64,000 nucleotides of DNA from Chiloscyllium plagiosum (taxonomy: Eukaryota), in the NCBI RefSeq assembly GCF_004010195.1, contig NC_057751.1, forward strand, positions 3,347,733 to 3,411,732, read 5' to 3'. The notes beneath the pieces are model-generated. The model worked only from the letters and a program-made list of their open reading frames with translations, was not told the origin of the DNA and made no database searches. A program made the position numbers and the translations under genes. Below, piece after piece: positions 39,030 to 53,083 of this stretch; positions within the stretch are counted from its first letter, which is position 1, and each line of letters begins with the position of its first letter.

Positions 39030-40340
39030 GTTTGTAATTAACTAAGATTTCAACTTGACATGATCTCAGTGATATCATATGTGACAACAATGGGAAGCAC
39101 GTTTGATGTTTCTGGTTCCTCATTTGTCACTCAGTGGCAGTCAGTCCTGCATCAATAAATCACAGAATCACAACTTACTGATTCATTGGTTAGCACAACT
39201 TCAAATCAGCCAGACAAGATAGTGTGCTTCTGTGAAAAACCATCAGGTTTCCAAATACCCCAAGATGCCCTGAGTGTAACCTGATTCACACTGAGGCTTT
39301 CTGTAACTGAGTTTTCATACCCTCAAAAGTAACCTCGCTAACTGTCCAGTTGCCAAAAGAATCACAGTGTGTTTTGAAATGGACACCGTACCTTTTCACG
39401 AGAAACTATGGGTTAAGCGCCACCCTGCAGTTTGAGCACATCATCCAGGGCTGTCACTCCACTGCAGGGCTCAATGAGTGCAGCATTGCCAAAAGTGTTG
39501 TCTTTCAAATGAGGCATTACACCCAGCCCCTGTCTGCTGGCTCCCATGGAGGTGGTCTCAAGAAGGATTTGCAGTAGCGTAAAGCACAGACCTAAGGCCC
39601 AAATGTTACTGGTTCATGGACTGTCGAAATCATAACGCTGCAAATCGACTGAGCTGACTGGTCTTTTATTTTGGATGTACGTTTCAATCTCAGCAGAATT
39701 TACATTCATGGCTGAGAGTCTGTTTCAGGCTCAGGACACACTTGTGCTTGAGTGTTCCCTCGGAATTTGTGAGAAGTCAGGAAACAATGACCAGCTGGTT
39801 GTGAAACTGGACTGGTGATCCTAATGAAGTTACTGCAGTCTCACCAAGGCACGGTGTGACTCTCAAAGTCATGTCATCAGTGGCAGTTGTTGGGTTGTCC
39901 ATGCAGGAAAATTCAGTCCAAGTTGCCATATTCTCATGCAAGCAATTAAATTGTTTGGTCATGTCATCGAAGCATGGGTGAGGATACAGCTGTATCTCAT
40001 GGCTTGAGTCAGACATCATTTCACAGTTTGTGGTTGACTATTTTTTACCCATGGAACAGGAACCACTTGTATAATGTTGACATGGTGTTTGGTATCACAT
40101 ATCTTAGACTTGCATCCATAGTGTTTAATCATTTGTTGACTAGGGGTCCCTGTTTTGGAGCGCCCTCCCTTAATTGTCTGTCCCATCCCTTCATGACTTT
40201 CAAACCTGTGTTAAATCACCTGGAGTCTCTGTTGTTTCAACAATTTCCAAGTCTTTGTACTTGGTCTGGTGGAAGGCAATTCATGTCCTGTTCACTGTGC
40301 TTCAGCATCAGTCTTCCTGCAGCATCCTTCACATAATGGG

Positions 40341-40660
40341 TTAGATTAGATTAGGTTGCCTACAGTGTGGAAACAGGCCCTTCGGCCCAACCAGTCCACA
40401 CTGACCCTCTGAAGAGAAACCCACCCAGACCCATTTCCCTCTGACTAAAGCACCTAACACTACGGGCAATTTACCATGGCCAATTCACCTGAGCTGCACA
40501 TCTTTGGACTGTGGGAGGAAACCGTAGCACCCGGAGGAAACCCACACAAACATGGGAGAATGTGCAAACTCCCCAGAGTCAGTCACCCAAGGCTGGAATT
40601 GAACCTGGGACCCTGGTGCTGTGAGGCAGCAGCGCGAACCACTGAGCCACCATGCCGTCC
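40341..40660 (-). mobile_element. tRNA-derived SINE (HE1-like)
   Basis: A box TGGCTCAGTGG and B box GGTTCAATTCC on the minus strand, with a ttagattagattag tail. Confidence 0.88.
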
Positions 40661-41419
40661 CAATGTGGAAGTAAACCTCATCCATCCAAACCGGCTGTAG
40701 TATTCTGGTTTTCTGTCATTTTGTTATGAAACATGATACGTCTGGCTGTGAAAGTCGGTTTGTCGTGGCAAAACCAGGCAGCATTCAGTAATCAGCAGCT
40801 TCAAGGGCAGCTAAAGAAAAACTGCATCATCTTTGGGAAGCAAACATTGGGAGAGGGGTTTCAGAGCTTGGTCCAAGTGCTTGGGGAAGAGACATAATTG
40901 TGAAGAGATGAGGGAGTTCAAGGAAATAATTCCTGACGATTCTCTGGGTTTTGATCCTTGCACCTCTCTCCTCTGTTCAGACCCCTCGAAACTTTGAATA
41001 TTTGTGTCAAATTCACTAATATCCTTTAGACATGGAGACTGCCATCCTTACCTGGTCTGGTCCCCATGTGGCTCCAGATCCACAGCCATGTGGTTGACTC
41101 TTAAATGCTCTCCAGGCAATTCAGGATGGGCAATAAATGCTGACCCACCCAGTGGCACCCCCATCTCGGTAATGTACAAAAAGAGTTGCAAATCTCATCT
41201 TAATCTCCTTTCTCTGAGGAGAACAGTCGCAGCTTCTCAAATCGATTTCCATGCCTGCATTTCCTCTCACCTGGCACTAGTTTGATGAGTTGCATCTGCT
41301 GCCCTTCAAAATCCTTCACATTACTTTGCAATTTGTGGGCCCCAACTTTTCCGTGTCTTCTTGAAGTTTAGTACTCATCACTGTAATAATCTCTTTGTGT
41401 TTGTCACATTGCCAAGTTG

Positions 41420-41900
41420 GAAAGGTGAGAACGTCCGCCTTATCAATGGAGATATAGTCTGCAATGGTGAGGACATTATGCTAAGCATTTACAACTCACT
41501 GGTAAAACCTCAGCTCAGCTCAGCTCTGGGCACCACACCTCATAAAGGACGTCAGGGCGTTGGAGAGGGTGCAAAGACATTTCCTGATATGGTCCCAAGG
41601 AAAAGGGACTTACGGTACATGAAGAAACTGAAGCTCTTCTCCCTGAATGGAGATGAAGCAGAGATGCACCAAAGTGTGAATTCATTCCAGAGAAAATGAG
41701 AAGGGAGTGCTTGAACGTGTAAGCAGAGGGACAATGAGTCAATTTGCACCGGCCTGCCTGAAAGAACAATGGAAATGGGTAAATTAATAAAATTTCAAAA
41801 AGAAATTCTAAACGGGTAAGAGAGTGAAGTGGGTTGCCACTGGATGATTGTACCAGTGAGCTGGCATGGGGAAAAGGGGCCAAATGGCATCCTGTTCTTC
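41420..41900 (+). mobile_element. Old CR1-type LINE 3' portion
   Basis: Degenerate DIMLSIYNSLVKPQL (homologous to ML.LY..LVRP.LEY), followed by CR1-like 3' sequence. Confidence 0.65.
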
Positions 41901-42262
41901 CAGTCGTATGGAAGCTAAGAGAGACGGTGATGATTTAATTGGTCGGATTTACATGTGCTGTTGTGATGGGTTATCGGCCAAGAATTCTCTCCTTGCCCAT
42001 TTCAATCATGCCTGTGCCATCAGAACCTTGTCAATTAATCACTTGCTTTCTGCTTAGTGTTTGAGAAAATCCCCTAAATTTGATGACACTGAAGGTAGTC
42101 ATGTGTAAAAGCTGTTTAATTTGTCCCATGTGCTTGACTCAAAGTGATTGGCATTGTGGTTTCTTTCTATCTTTAGCCATTTATCTCACACACACAAGTT
42201 ACATTTCATCTCAGTTCAATGTGGTTAGTCAATATAAAAAATTCTATGTTTTTTTTCATCAG

Positions 42263-42303
42263 GTCAATCAGATTCAGAAAACTGCCATTGAACCACTGAA
42301 AAA
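42263..42303 (+). CDS. BIN3: BIN3 coding exon 6 (41 nt): VNQIQKTAIEPLK(K)
   Basis: T-rich tract plus catcAG acceptor, donor GTaagt at 42304. Matches BIN3 VNQIQKTVIEPLKK. Confidence 0.95.
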
Positions 42304-42789
42304 GTAAGTGCAACACTTTTCATGGTGATATGTAAACTCTTAACTCTTGCTGTGGAACTAAATCAAGCTGGAGATAATCTGTTTAAACAAGGTGAATGAC
42401 CTGAGTAGATGCAATGAAAGCCTGGCTGACTTTGCTTGTTTATTGGAATGTTGTTAAAAACCACTCGCCATGGATTAATCACTGCTTGTTCAGTCAGCAA
42501 GTATCTCGCTAGATCAACAGTGGAAGCCAGAAGAATTTGATTGAGTAAGCATTAGAATTAGCTCGAGGAACTTCCAGTAATAAACAGCGGCACAGCCTGG
42601 ATGTAATGGCTCGCAACCTTGTCCTGAGCACTTTGGAGTGGGAAGTAAAGGAAGTGGATGAGGGGGTGGGTTTGGAGCTGCTTGGATATGAATCAGCCAA
42701 TGACTGCGAATCACAAGCCAAACAAATCTGAGTCACAAGGATCCTTGTCTGTTCTCACAGAAGATTAAAATATTTTTAAAAAACCCATT

Positions 42790-45700
42790 CAACTCAGCAT
42801 TTGAAGGACCCCAAGATGAGTCTTTGAAACTTAAGCAAGGGCAGTTAGAAGGACATGAAAACTGAGCTAACTGAAGTGAAGTGGCCAATCTGGTTGATGG
42901 ATAGGTCATTTGAGATGCAGTGATAGGTGGTTAAGGGGACATTTCAGAATACACAGAATAGACACTGCAAGAAGAAAGAAAAATTCCATGGGGAGAACCC
43001 ACTGTACGCAGTTAACTAAAACAGTGAAAGATATGATCAAACTTGAAGAAATGATGTATACAATTGCACAAAGTTGGGCAGAACTGGAGAGGTGAACACA
43101 GATAGGAAAATAAATGTTGAAACCATCAAAAGCCATCCATACAGCACAGAAACAAACCCTTCGATCCAACCAGTCCATAATCCCAAGCTAAACTCCTCCC
43201 ATCTCCCTCCAAACCGTTTGTATTCATGAACACATCAAAATGCCTTTTAAATGCTGTCACTGTACCCATATACACCACTTCCTCAGGAAGCTCATTCCAC
43301 ACGCAAACCACCCTCCGTGTAAAAAAACAGACATTGCATGCGAAAGGTGAACATTCAGTTGCTGAAGGTATTTGGGAAATACTGCAATGTTATCCTGTTT
43401 GTGAGGGGAACATGGAACAGTTATACACTGCACTGGTGAGATCACACCTGGAGTACTGTGCACAGTACTGGTCTCCTCCTGAAGGAAGGATGCGAACGCA
43501 TTTGCACTTCAGAGAAGGTTTAATAATAATTTAATTAATGACACATGGACTGGGCAGGTAGTTTCAGGAAGAAAGGTTGGTTGTGCTCAGTTTGTATGCA
43601 CTGGGGTCCAATATCCACTGGGTGAGGACAATTTAATTGAAACATAAATGATTCTGAAGGTGGATGTGCAAAGGACGATTCCTCTTGTGAAGGACTGTTT
43701 CAATACCAAGGGTTGCCTATTTAAAACAAGAGTTTCGGCGCAAATCATTTGCTTCAGAGGGTTGTTAATCTTTGGAACTCTGTTCCTGAAAAGCCAGTCA
43801 AAGTAGAGACTTTGAATATTTTCATGACAGAGGGAGATAGAGTCATACAGCACAGAAACAGACCCTTCAGTCAAACCAGTCCGTGCCAACCACAATCCCA
43901 AACTAAACTTGTCCTACCTGCCTGCCTGTGGCCCATGTCCCTCCAAATCTTTCCTATCCATGTCCTTATCCAAATGTAATTCAGACGTTCTAATCGTACC
44001 TACATCAGCTACTTCCTCAGCAAACTCAATCCACAAGTGAACCACCTTCAGTGGAAACAAAAATAAACAAGTTGCCCCCATGTCTTTTTTAAATCTCTCT
44101 CCTCTCGCCATTAAAAATGTGCCTCAATTTTGAAATCCCCCACGCTAGGGAAAGAACAACGATCATTAACCCTATCTATATCCTTCATGATTTCATAAAC
44201 CTCGATAAGGTCACCTGTCAGCCTGGTACACTCCAGTGGAAGCATGTCCCAGTCTATCCAGCCTTTCTTTATCATTCACACCTTCCATACCCGACAAGAT
44301 CCAGTAAACCTCTTCTGAACCCTCTCCAGCTTTATGATATCCTTACTATAACGGGGCAACCAGAACTGGACACAGTACTGGAAAACAGGTCTGACCAGTG
44401 TCCTGTATAACTTCAACATGACATCCCTGCAGGGACTGAGCAATGAAGGCGAGAAATTCTTGGAGAACAAGAGGGTGATCTTATCAAACAGCAGCACAAG
44501 CTCAATGAACCTGAAGTGTCAGCGGGGGGGTGGGGGCTATCTCCTGCTCCTCAGTTGTTCATCATTGTACTTGTTTGCTGGACACAGGTTACTTGAAATT
44601 CCAGACAGGTGAGCGCCCGATTCCCTCCCCAGCCAAATCTTCCAACAAGCCAGACTTACCCACAACCTGTTTGGATCTTTCAAATAGATTGGTCAGGTGT
44701 ATTGAGTAGCACTTTGGAGGGGAATTTGAGATGGGTTCCTGATTAAATATGATTCAAGATTAAATGTATATTCTTGCATTCGAAAGGTTCAGCTTTAATT
44801 ACCGCCCTGCAGGAAGGATGTGGAAGCTGTGAAAATGGTGCAGAAGAGGTTTCCCAGGGTCTTGCCTGGATTGGACTGGATTAGTGTGAGGTTAGGTTAG
44901 ACAGACTTGGATTATTTTCACGAGGGTGGTTGTCGGCTGAGGGGTGACCTGATTGAAATGTGAAGAGGCATGGATAGGGTGGATTGTCACTCTTTTTTCC
45001 CAGGGTGGAAATGTCAAATACCAAGAGGGTTTTAAGTGTAAAGTGAGAGGAACAAAGTTTAATGGAGAGGTGCTTGGCAACTTGTTTTAAACACACAGGT
45101 GGTCAGAATACATAGAACATAGAACATAGAAAAATACAGCGCAGTACAGGCCCTTTGGCCCTCGATGTTGCGCCGATCCAAGCCCACCTAACCTACACTA
45201 GCCCACGATCCTCCATATGCCTATCAATGAAACGTCTGGATATCAAACNNNNNNNNNNNNNNNNNNNNNNNNNNNNNNNNNNNNNNNNNNNNNNNNNNNN
45301 NNNNNNNNNNNNNNNNNNNNNNNNNNNNNNNNNNNNNNNNNNNNNNNNNNNNNNNNNNNNNNNNNNNNNNNNNNNNNNNNNNNNNNNNNNNNNNNNNNNN
45401 NNNNNNNNNNNNNNNNNNNNNNNNNNNNNNNNNNNNNNNNNNNNNNNNNNNNNNNNNNNNNNNNNNNNNNNNNNNNNNNNNNNNNNNNNNNNNNNNNNNN
45501 NNNNNNNNNNNNNNNNNNNNNNNNNNNNNNNNNNNNNNNNNNNNNNNNNNNNNNNNNNNNNNNNNNNNNNNNNNNNNNNNNNNNNNNNNNNNNNNNNNNN
45601 NNNNNNACATCCTTCCTCACTGTCTACAACTCCTCCGACTTTCGTATCGTCCGCAAACTTGCTCACCCAACCATCTAGCCCCTCCTCCAGGTCATTTATA

Positions 45701-46050
45701 AAAATGACAAACAGCAATAGTCCCAAAACAGATCCTTGTGGAACATCACTAGTAACTGCACTCTAAGATGAACCTTTACTATCAACTACTACCCTCTGTC
45801 TTCTTCTAGCCAACCAATTCCTAATCCAAACCTCCAACTCACCCTCAATGCCATACCTCCATATTTTTTGCAGTAGCCTACCATGGGGTAATGTGCTGTG
45901 GGTTGGGGGAGGGGGGGAATGGTTGAGCAGATGTGTTTAAGACACGAACATGTAGGGAAGGGAAGTATGTGAACTATTTGGGATTAGTTGAGAGTGGCAT
46001 CATGGTCAGCACAGACGTGGTGAGCTGAGATGCTTGTTTCTGTGCTCTGC
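42790..46050. mobile_element. Nested cluster of CR1-type LINE fragments in both orientations
   Basis: Plus-strand pieces (LYTALVRSHLEYCAQYWSP ~43420-43480, QRVVNLWNS ~43755, 44770-45105, 45890-46050) are interrupted by minus-strand pieces (43135-43325, 43835-44445, and 45110-45890 with the RT motif [12 protein letters not shown] and a (CATAGAA)n tail). Confidence 0.8.
45249..45606. other. Assembly gap (N run) inside a CR1 copy
   Basis: Run of N. Confidence 1.
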
Positions 46051-48275
46051 TGTTGTATGTTTTCGACGTTCAGTTGATGATTTTAAGAAGAAGGTGCTCA
46101 TCTATGCAAATAGGCAGCAGAGACAGGACTCCTGTTTGGGATATGAATGGGCCTGGTTGATTGTTCTGTTGCTCACTCTTGGGATTCTTCATTCCGCTCG
46201 ATGGATTTCTGATTTCAGTGTTGCTTGAATGGCACTCAATTTTTCTTGAGTGCTGTCTGGGGATCTGACGGAATAATATCAGGGCCCAGTGGGAATCTCT
46301 TCAGGAAGGCCAATCGCATGCAATTCATGGGTTTGTGCCTCTGCTTCCTGCATTCGCTCTTCCCAAATTTGGTTCGTGTTCACAGGGAATTTCCGCAAAG
46401 CAGGCCCCCATGGACTTGAAGTCAGAATGGAAACACAAAGCCAATCCTCTGCCATCGTTTGCAATGCTGCTTGGTTCTGAAGACAGCCATTTAACAGGAA
46501 CTTACATGTCATCAACAATGACATCACTGAGCTCAGCGAAACAAGACTCTGCCTCCCACATGCGCTCAGACACACACACAAAACGCTGTTTTGCAAAACC
46601 AACTATTATTTTGTCTCTTTGCTTCCTTGTGTCCAATTATAAATTTGAGACCAGCTCATTCAAGCCATCATCCTGCCAGACATGGGAAGTGAAACCTACA
46701 TGAAAGAGAACTCTTTGGTGGTGGCAAATGTCAGTCGGAGGCATACCTTTGGTCACTGAACAGCACTGAAGTCATGAGTGTTTTTTCTTGTGTGTTCACT
46801 TATGTCAACTCCTGTTAAATACATGCAGGACCAAATGTCATTGAGGACATAGCAGTTATAGTTTTGTGTCATACCCACAGCCCTCCAATGGTCGGAAATG
46901 AGCCTTACAGATAGATTGGCGAAGGATCATTCAGAAGTCAGTCATGACTTGCAAAGTGATTTATCATCCTGTCCGGTTATTGTAGCAATGCCTCTCACTG
47001 TTGGGTGGTATTTTCTTTGGCTGCATGGCTCTGGCTTGCTCCACTGTACTTGGGTCAATTGCTCGCACTGCTGCCTCTGCTGCACTCAAGCAACTGATTC
47101 CAGAAATGAGGCTGATTCTCTGGCACCACATTGTTGGGGGATAATAGGCAGAGTCACTGCCTGCCAATTGTGATGCACCATGGGAGCTGCTGCTACCTGT
47201 CCTTGATTGGTGAAGGAGATGTACAGTTGCATGCCTTGTAACTGGCTCACATTCCAAGCAAGTTGCCGCAACAAGCAGCCCTCAGGCTTGGATGCCATCT
47301 TTCATCTAAGTTCTAAGGTGCTGAATAGGAACTTTATAAGACAAAAGTTTACACCAAGCCACATATTATGGACACACTACAGCTCATGACGAAAAGCTCA
47401 GAACAAAAACTATGCTTGTGACGCAAACAATCTGCAATCTGCAAACTGCAAGCACACAACTAACAAACTGCATTGTTAGATGCCCAGTTATGGTGAATTA
47501 TGGAGTATGAATTTTTTTCTGTAGCCAAGTGTCAAATAGTGTTCCGTCGCCTCACTGTGAAGTGCTTAGCCATGTTTTAGAATGTTAATGCTGTTATAGG
47601 AAGGCCACTTGTTGTTCCAATCCTCCACAATTGCTGGAATTCTGAAACAAGGATTAAATGGTCAGTACTGCAGTGTATTCCTGTCTGCCACTGATATCTT
47701 TCTAATTCTCACATACTCACACTGTGTCTCCAGCATTGACTGAGCTCAGACTTTATTAAGTTCTTCATTTTGATCCGATGTTAAAGCAAAAAAAAGTCTT
47801 ACGAAACATGAATAATCTGAGGCAGTGAACCACATTTCCACTTTTTTTTCCCAATAAAAATACAAGATGCTCTCTCTCAACTTACTGTATCAGTTAGATT
47901 CCTACCAATTCCCAATTGGCTTTTGATGGGTTTTCTTTCCTGGACATCCATGTGGTTAAAATCAACAATGAGAAAGTGAGGACTGCAGATGCTGGGGATC
48001 AGAGCTTAAAAATGTGTTGCTGAAAATACCGAACAACCCAGGTGGCCTCCTTCTTCAAAGACTGCAATTTCCCCTCAGACGTGGTTGACGATGCCCTCCA
48101 CTGCATCTCCTCCACTTCCCGCTCCTCCGCCCTTGAGCCCCGTCCCTCCAATCGCCACCAGGACAGAACCCCACTGGTCCTCACCTACCACCCCACCAAC
48201 CTCCATATACATCGTATCATCCGTCGTCATTTCCGCCACCTCCAAACGGACCCCACCACCAGGGATATATTTCCC

Positions 48276-48702
48276 NNNNNNNNNNNNNNNNNNNNNNNNN
48301 NNNNNNNNNNNNNNNNNNNNNNNNNNNNNNNNNNNNNNNNNNNNNNNNNNNNNNNNNNNNNNNNNNNNNNNNNNNNNNNNNNNNNNNNNNNNNNNNNNNN
48401 NNNNNNNNNNNNNNNNNNNNNNNNNNNNNNNNNNNNNNNNNNNNNNNNNNNNNNNNNNNNNNNNNNNNNNNNNNNNNNNNNNNNNNNNNNNNNNNNNNNN
48501 NNNNNNNNNNNNNNNNNNNNNNNNNNNNNNNNNNNNNNNNNNNNNNNNNNNNNNNNNNNNNNNNNNNNNNNNNNNNNNNNNNNNNNNNNNNNNNNNNNNN
48601 NNNNNNNNNNNNNNNNNNNNNNNNNNNNNNNNNNNNNNNNNNNNNNNNNNNNNNNNNNNNNNNNNNNNNNNNNNNNNNNNNNNNNNNNNNNNNNNNNNNN
48701 NN
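48276..48702. other. Assembly gap inside the PLE
   Basis: Run of N. Confidence 1.
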
Positions 48703-48794
48703 TTAACCTCCTTCCACCTATCGCATTCCCAACGTCCCTCCCCCAAGTCCCTCCTCCCTACCTTTTATCTTAGCCTGCTTGGCACACCCTCCTC

Positions 48795-48830
48795 ATTCCA
48801 GAAGAAGGGCTTATGCCCGAAACGTCGATT
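48795..48830 (+). ncRNA. Hammerhead motif with a mutated core (CAGAAGA), probably inactive
   Basis: AUUC-CAGAAGA-A-GGGC-UUAU-GCCC-GAAA-CGUC-GAUU, with the conserved U4 replaced by A at 48800. Confidence 0.65.
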
Positions 48831-48970
48831 CTCCTTCTCCTTTGATGCTGCCTGACCTGCTGCGCTTTTCCAGCAACACATTTTTAAGTCCTTGTGGTTA
48901 AGTCTATCTGTGAATTACATCAATATAAGTTTCTCAGTTGGCATTTGTACCAATGCTTGGCTAAACTCTG

Positions 48971-49180
48971 ATGTGGAGGTGCCAGTGTTGGACTGAGGTG
49001 GACCAAGTTCAAAAATCACACAACACCAGGTCATTGTCCACAGGTTGATTTGGAAGTACCTTGTGCTACCTCTTGGGGCGCTGCTCCTCCTTCAGCTACG
49101 AGGTGAAGGAGCAGCACTATGAAAGCTAATGCTGCCAAATAAACCTGTTGGACTACAACCTGGTGCTGGCTGAGTTCTGA
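48971..49180. mobile_element. Inverted pair of the second hammerhead-bearing repeat family, degenerate
   Basis: cacacaacaccagg...tttggaag (49017-49056) is mirrored by ..ccaaataaacctgttggactacaacctggtg (49135-49165). Degenerate core gtgaaggagcagcactatgaaagcta. Confidence 0.65.
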
Positions 49181-52100
49181 TATTCTCACAGCAGTGGTCT
49201 GTTCACACCGACTCAAGTGGAGTGGTTGTTTGATTTGATGGACATTTTTATTCTCTGTTTGAACGGAACTTTGAATATTTGCTTGAACAAAGGTGAAGAG
49301 TCATGTCAAGAGGTAAAGCTTCTGTTCGTCAGACTGTAATAACTATGACTGAAACTTGTGTGAGGTTGTCAGAGTTTTATTTTCAAGGCAAACTTTTGAC
49401 TGGGTGTATTTGTAAATGTATTTCAGCATTGGATAATGTGATATTGTGGTTTGTTGCTGAGTGAGTCGCATGGAGGACATAGGAGATGCACAGGCCCTTG
49501 AGGTGGGGGTGGGGGGGGGGAAGGGGGCATGGAGAACGGTCTGAAGGGGAATGGGAAGGCTCAAGGGGCTTCAGTGCCCCAGGATCAAATTAGCAGCAAA
49601 TTGCAGTGGGTTTGAAAGGATCCTGCCTTTGCACTTGTCTGCCTCCATGGTTGCATCTGAACAATGTCCAGGGTTTGCCGATCTGAGTCGCTTCTGTGCC
49701 CAGCTCTGTGGAGCAACAACAGAGTGTGTTAAAGAGGCATGTGCCTCGACGATGAGGAACTGACCTGAAAACAACGATTAATTGTTTGCTTTGCCTGGGG
49801 TGTCTGACTTTGAGAGATAATGGGTAGATATGGTCAACAGTGTGGACCGTGAACTTGGAGAATCGAGGGCAACAGGTTCACCAGACTGACTTCAGAAGGT
49901 GTGAACTGAGCGGAGGGACCTGCTCAGCCACTGTGGACTTTGTCCTGGAGTTGACCTTGTCAGGTTCCTCCATAAACAGGAGCTGACTTTGACACTGATA
50001 TTGAAGTGAGGGGCTGAAATGAAGTGGCAGCCAAGAAATGATGTTAGCATCTCATAAACTGGCATATATAACTATATGTAGCCCATATCACTTCCTTATC
50101 CCCTGGGCCCAGTCACATGCCTCTGTCTGGTGAAAACTTCAGTGTGAGTGAGGAAGGCAAGTGGGATCGGCTGATATGTTAAGTCAATGCAAGATGGTTA
50201 TTGTTGAGTCTGGGGAAGTGTGGTTGTCTTAGAGGCCAGGTTGATGGGTGTGCTCTGATTTACGGTAAAGAATGAAGTGGAGGAAACGGGAGAAGTTTGA
50301 TACAAAAACATCATGAAGGTCTGCAGTGTAAAGTAAATGAGAAGAAGGCTAGGTAGTTTAAATAAAGTAATTGCTTGTTATTTTATAATGAGAGTTAACC
50401 AGCAAAATAGTTGACAGCTCTGAGGCAAGGTGTTATAATATTGTAAAAATGTCAAAAGAATACACAGCTCTGATACAATGTGTACAGCTGCAAATGATTC
50501 ACTTTACCGGGTTGTTTAAGGAAGCAAAACAGATCAGGCTGTTTGTGACAAAGTGAAGGAGTTACTTTCCATGCTTATAGTAATTAGGCAGCAGGGTGTA
50601 CCGAAGACTCAGGCTGGCCTTGCTGTTAGATTAGTGTACACGGCTGCTGCAGTTTGTTTGTTTTCACCTCATTATGTAAGCTTTTCCTCCATGGACGTCC
50701 GGTGTCTTCCGCAAGGCAAACCCCAAACAAGTGCAAGAGGATGTTGGTAGCTGTGTGTTTAAGGACCATCCTTGTCCATATGCCACTCTGTGTTCCAAAT
50801 TGTCTGCATTGTTCTTCCCAGCCGACTCGATTTAAGCCCTCGAGATGTCTTATGCCGTGAGGTGACTGCCAGTGGCAGACAGGGCACTTAACACTGGCCT
50901 GTTTTTGAAAGGCTAGCGGTGCCATTAGTGTAACAGCAGATTAGACACTTGGCAGTTGTTCCTGTTGGGAGCTGAAAGAAGCAGCGCTGGTTGGGCAGCA
51001 TGTTGTCACCGCAGGCAAGGGAGCTGTGAGAGTTGGGCCACTGGGAATAAACTCAAGGGATGTGCAGAGAGACAACAATGCTGCAACATGGTTCCTGCCC
51101 CAGAGGGGCAAGCAAGTAAGAAAGCAACCACATGTGAACATGAACGTACTGGTCGCACTCAAGTTCTGTGTTCAAGGAGAGATGAGACAACTCTGACCAG
51201 GTCACCTTTGACTGAACACTGCAGAGTTGTTGTGGCACGTATCATAATCGATCCATTTTGCTGTGTAGCCAGGACTTAAAGCCAGCACTGTACTTGGCAT
51301 GTGCTGTTACAAAGTCATTACTCGGCCACATGGCTGCATTGGGCTGCCTTCCACGAACAGGAGCATCAACTCCTGGTGTGGCTGCAGCTTGTAGTGTTAC
51401 CCCTCAGCCAGGGGCAGCTGTGGGGAAGGATCTGGCAAGGACATGAAAGCCTCTTAGTCAGTTACACACACTTGTTTTGACAGTGAAAATTACTTTCAGA
51501 TCAGCCCGGCCATTCCCCTGGCTTGTTCTGAAGCTCATTGACTGACACCTTTTACTGTGGCCTGGATTTAGGATTCTGGCGCCAAGCTAACAAACTCTAA
51601 CAGCATTCCCAAGTGATTCTGTGAGCAGCCTGCCTGCACATTTCACTGCTCTAGCTTTGTGTCTCACAGTAATCACCAGTTCCGAGAGAGATCCTTCACT
51701 GAGTGGCTGGGGTTAACTTGAACAAAGCTGCAGCAAGATTGCATGAGGTGGTTTGCACTAATCCGTTCATTGGTTATTTGTCCATACCTGGGCAGTTCCC
51801 TTTGTTTGGTTACTACCTGACCTTTCTCTCAACCCTGCTCTGTCGCGCTCTCAGAAAATTGATCATGTTTGACAGTAAAATATTGTGATGGCAATAAGCT
51901 CTCTGATTTGTGCATCCTGTTGAGAGGTAGAAATATTTCTCCCCTTTTTGTTGTTCTTGTGAAACTTTGCAGTTTTTCTTTCACACTGAAATTCTGACGA
52001 CTCATTGGATCATGTCTGAAGTTCACTGAATGGATTCACATTTCCCTTTCATTAAGTCGTTGTGTTTTTTTGTGAAAAACAAATTCTGCCTGTGAATCGT

Positions 52101-52555
52101 TACATTTTAAACCACTTGGCCAGAATAGATTGGCTTCAAGTGTACTTCCTGGTGGGTGGATGGACAGACGGATGTGTAGGTTCACTTTGGGGAGAGCATG
52201 CATTCCTAAAGGCTGTTTAAATATCCGATGCCTTCTCTGATTGATCCTGTTAGGTTAGAAGCCTGAAGCTGCAGCTGCTGGGAGAAACCAAACTGCTGCA
52301 TGACGTTGGCTACAGAATACATGATGTCATCATGAACTCTGTCACTGAGTTTGTGAATACGAGCATGACTGATTTGTATTCGACAAGGGGTGCACATTCA
52401 CTTTGAACCTGAATAATTCCTATGTGTGAAGATCCTCACCGTTGGACATTTTGTATCTTTCTCTATCCTACGTGCACTGTCAGTGATTCTCATCACACAC
52501 CCACCCCTGCTCCCCAGGAGCTCTTCCCAGGTTCCAGGGCCCCCCCTTTGAAACA

Positions 52556-53004
52556 GGGAGAAAGTGAGGACTGCAGATGCTGGAGATCAGAGCTTAAAAA
52601 TATGTTGCTGGAAAAGCGCAGCAGGTCAGGCAGCATCAAAGGAACAGGAGAATCGATGTTTTGGGCATAAGCCCCTCTTCAGGAATGAGGCGGGTGTGCC
52701 GAGCGGGCTAAGATAAAAGGTAGGGAGGAGGGACTTGGGGGAGGGGCGTTGGGAATACGATAGGTGGAAGGAGGTTAAGGTGAGGGTGATAGGCCGGAGA
52801 GGGGGTGTCTCATTTCCCCTCCCCCCACCTTTTCTCAGTCCCAGCCCTCAGATTCATCACCGCCTTCCTAACCTGCAATCTTCTTCCTGACCTCTCCGCC
52901 CCCACCGCCTCTCCGGCCTATCACCCTCACCTTAACCTCCTTCCACCTATCGTATTCCCAACGCCCCTCCCCCAAGTCCCTCCTCCCTACCTTTTATCTT
53001 AGCC
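52556..53004. mobile_element. Penelope-like inverted-repeat insertion running into a gap
   Basis: Same tail (gagaaagtgaggactgcagatgctggagatc) and arm as 14651. ~52706-52801 is the reverse complement of ~52909-53004. The hammerhead at 52651-52686 (-) has GAAA changed to AAAA. Confidence 0.85.
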
Positions 53005-53083
53005 NNNNNNNNNNNNNNNNNNNNNNNNNNNNNNNNNNNNNNNNNNNNNNNNNNNNNNNNNNNNNNNNNNNNNNNNNNNNNNN
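53005..53083. other. Assembly gap at the PLE hairpin
   Basis: Run of N. Confidence 1.

Larger units (their letters stand above)
47960..48888 (+). mobile_element. 5'-truncated Penelope-like retroelement with ORF remnant, 3' terminal repeat and short inverted 5' arm
   Basis: ORF ASFFKDCNFPSDVVDDAL...RTPLVLTYHPTNLHIHRIIRRHFRHLQTDP resembles the PLE region between the RT and GIY-YIG domains. cttaaaaatgtgttgctg (~48005-48022) is inverted relative to 48871-48888. Imperfect TSD tcc(a/t)tgtggttaa at 47947-47959 and 48889-48901. Confidence 0.85.

Noticed and set aside
45155..45766. Long ORFs spanning N runs (also 48042-48855)
   Set aside because: Their length is an artefact of the gaps. Only the flanking retroelement peptides are meaningful.
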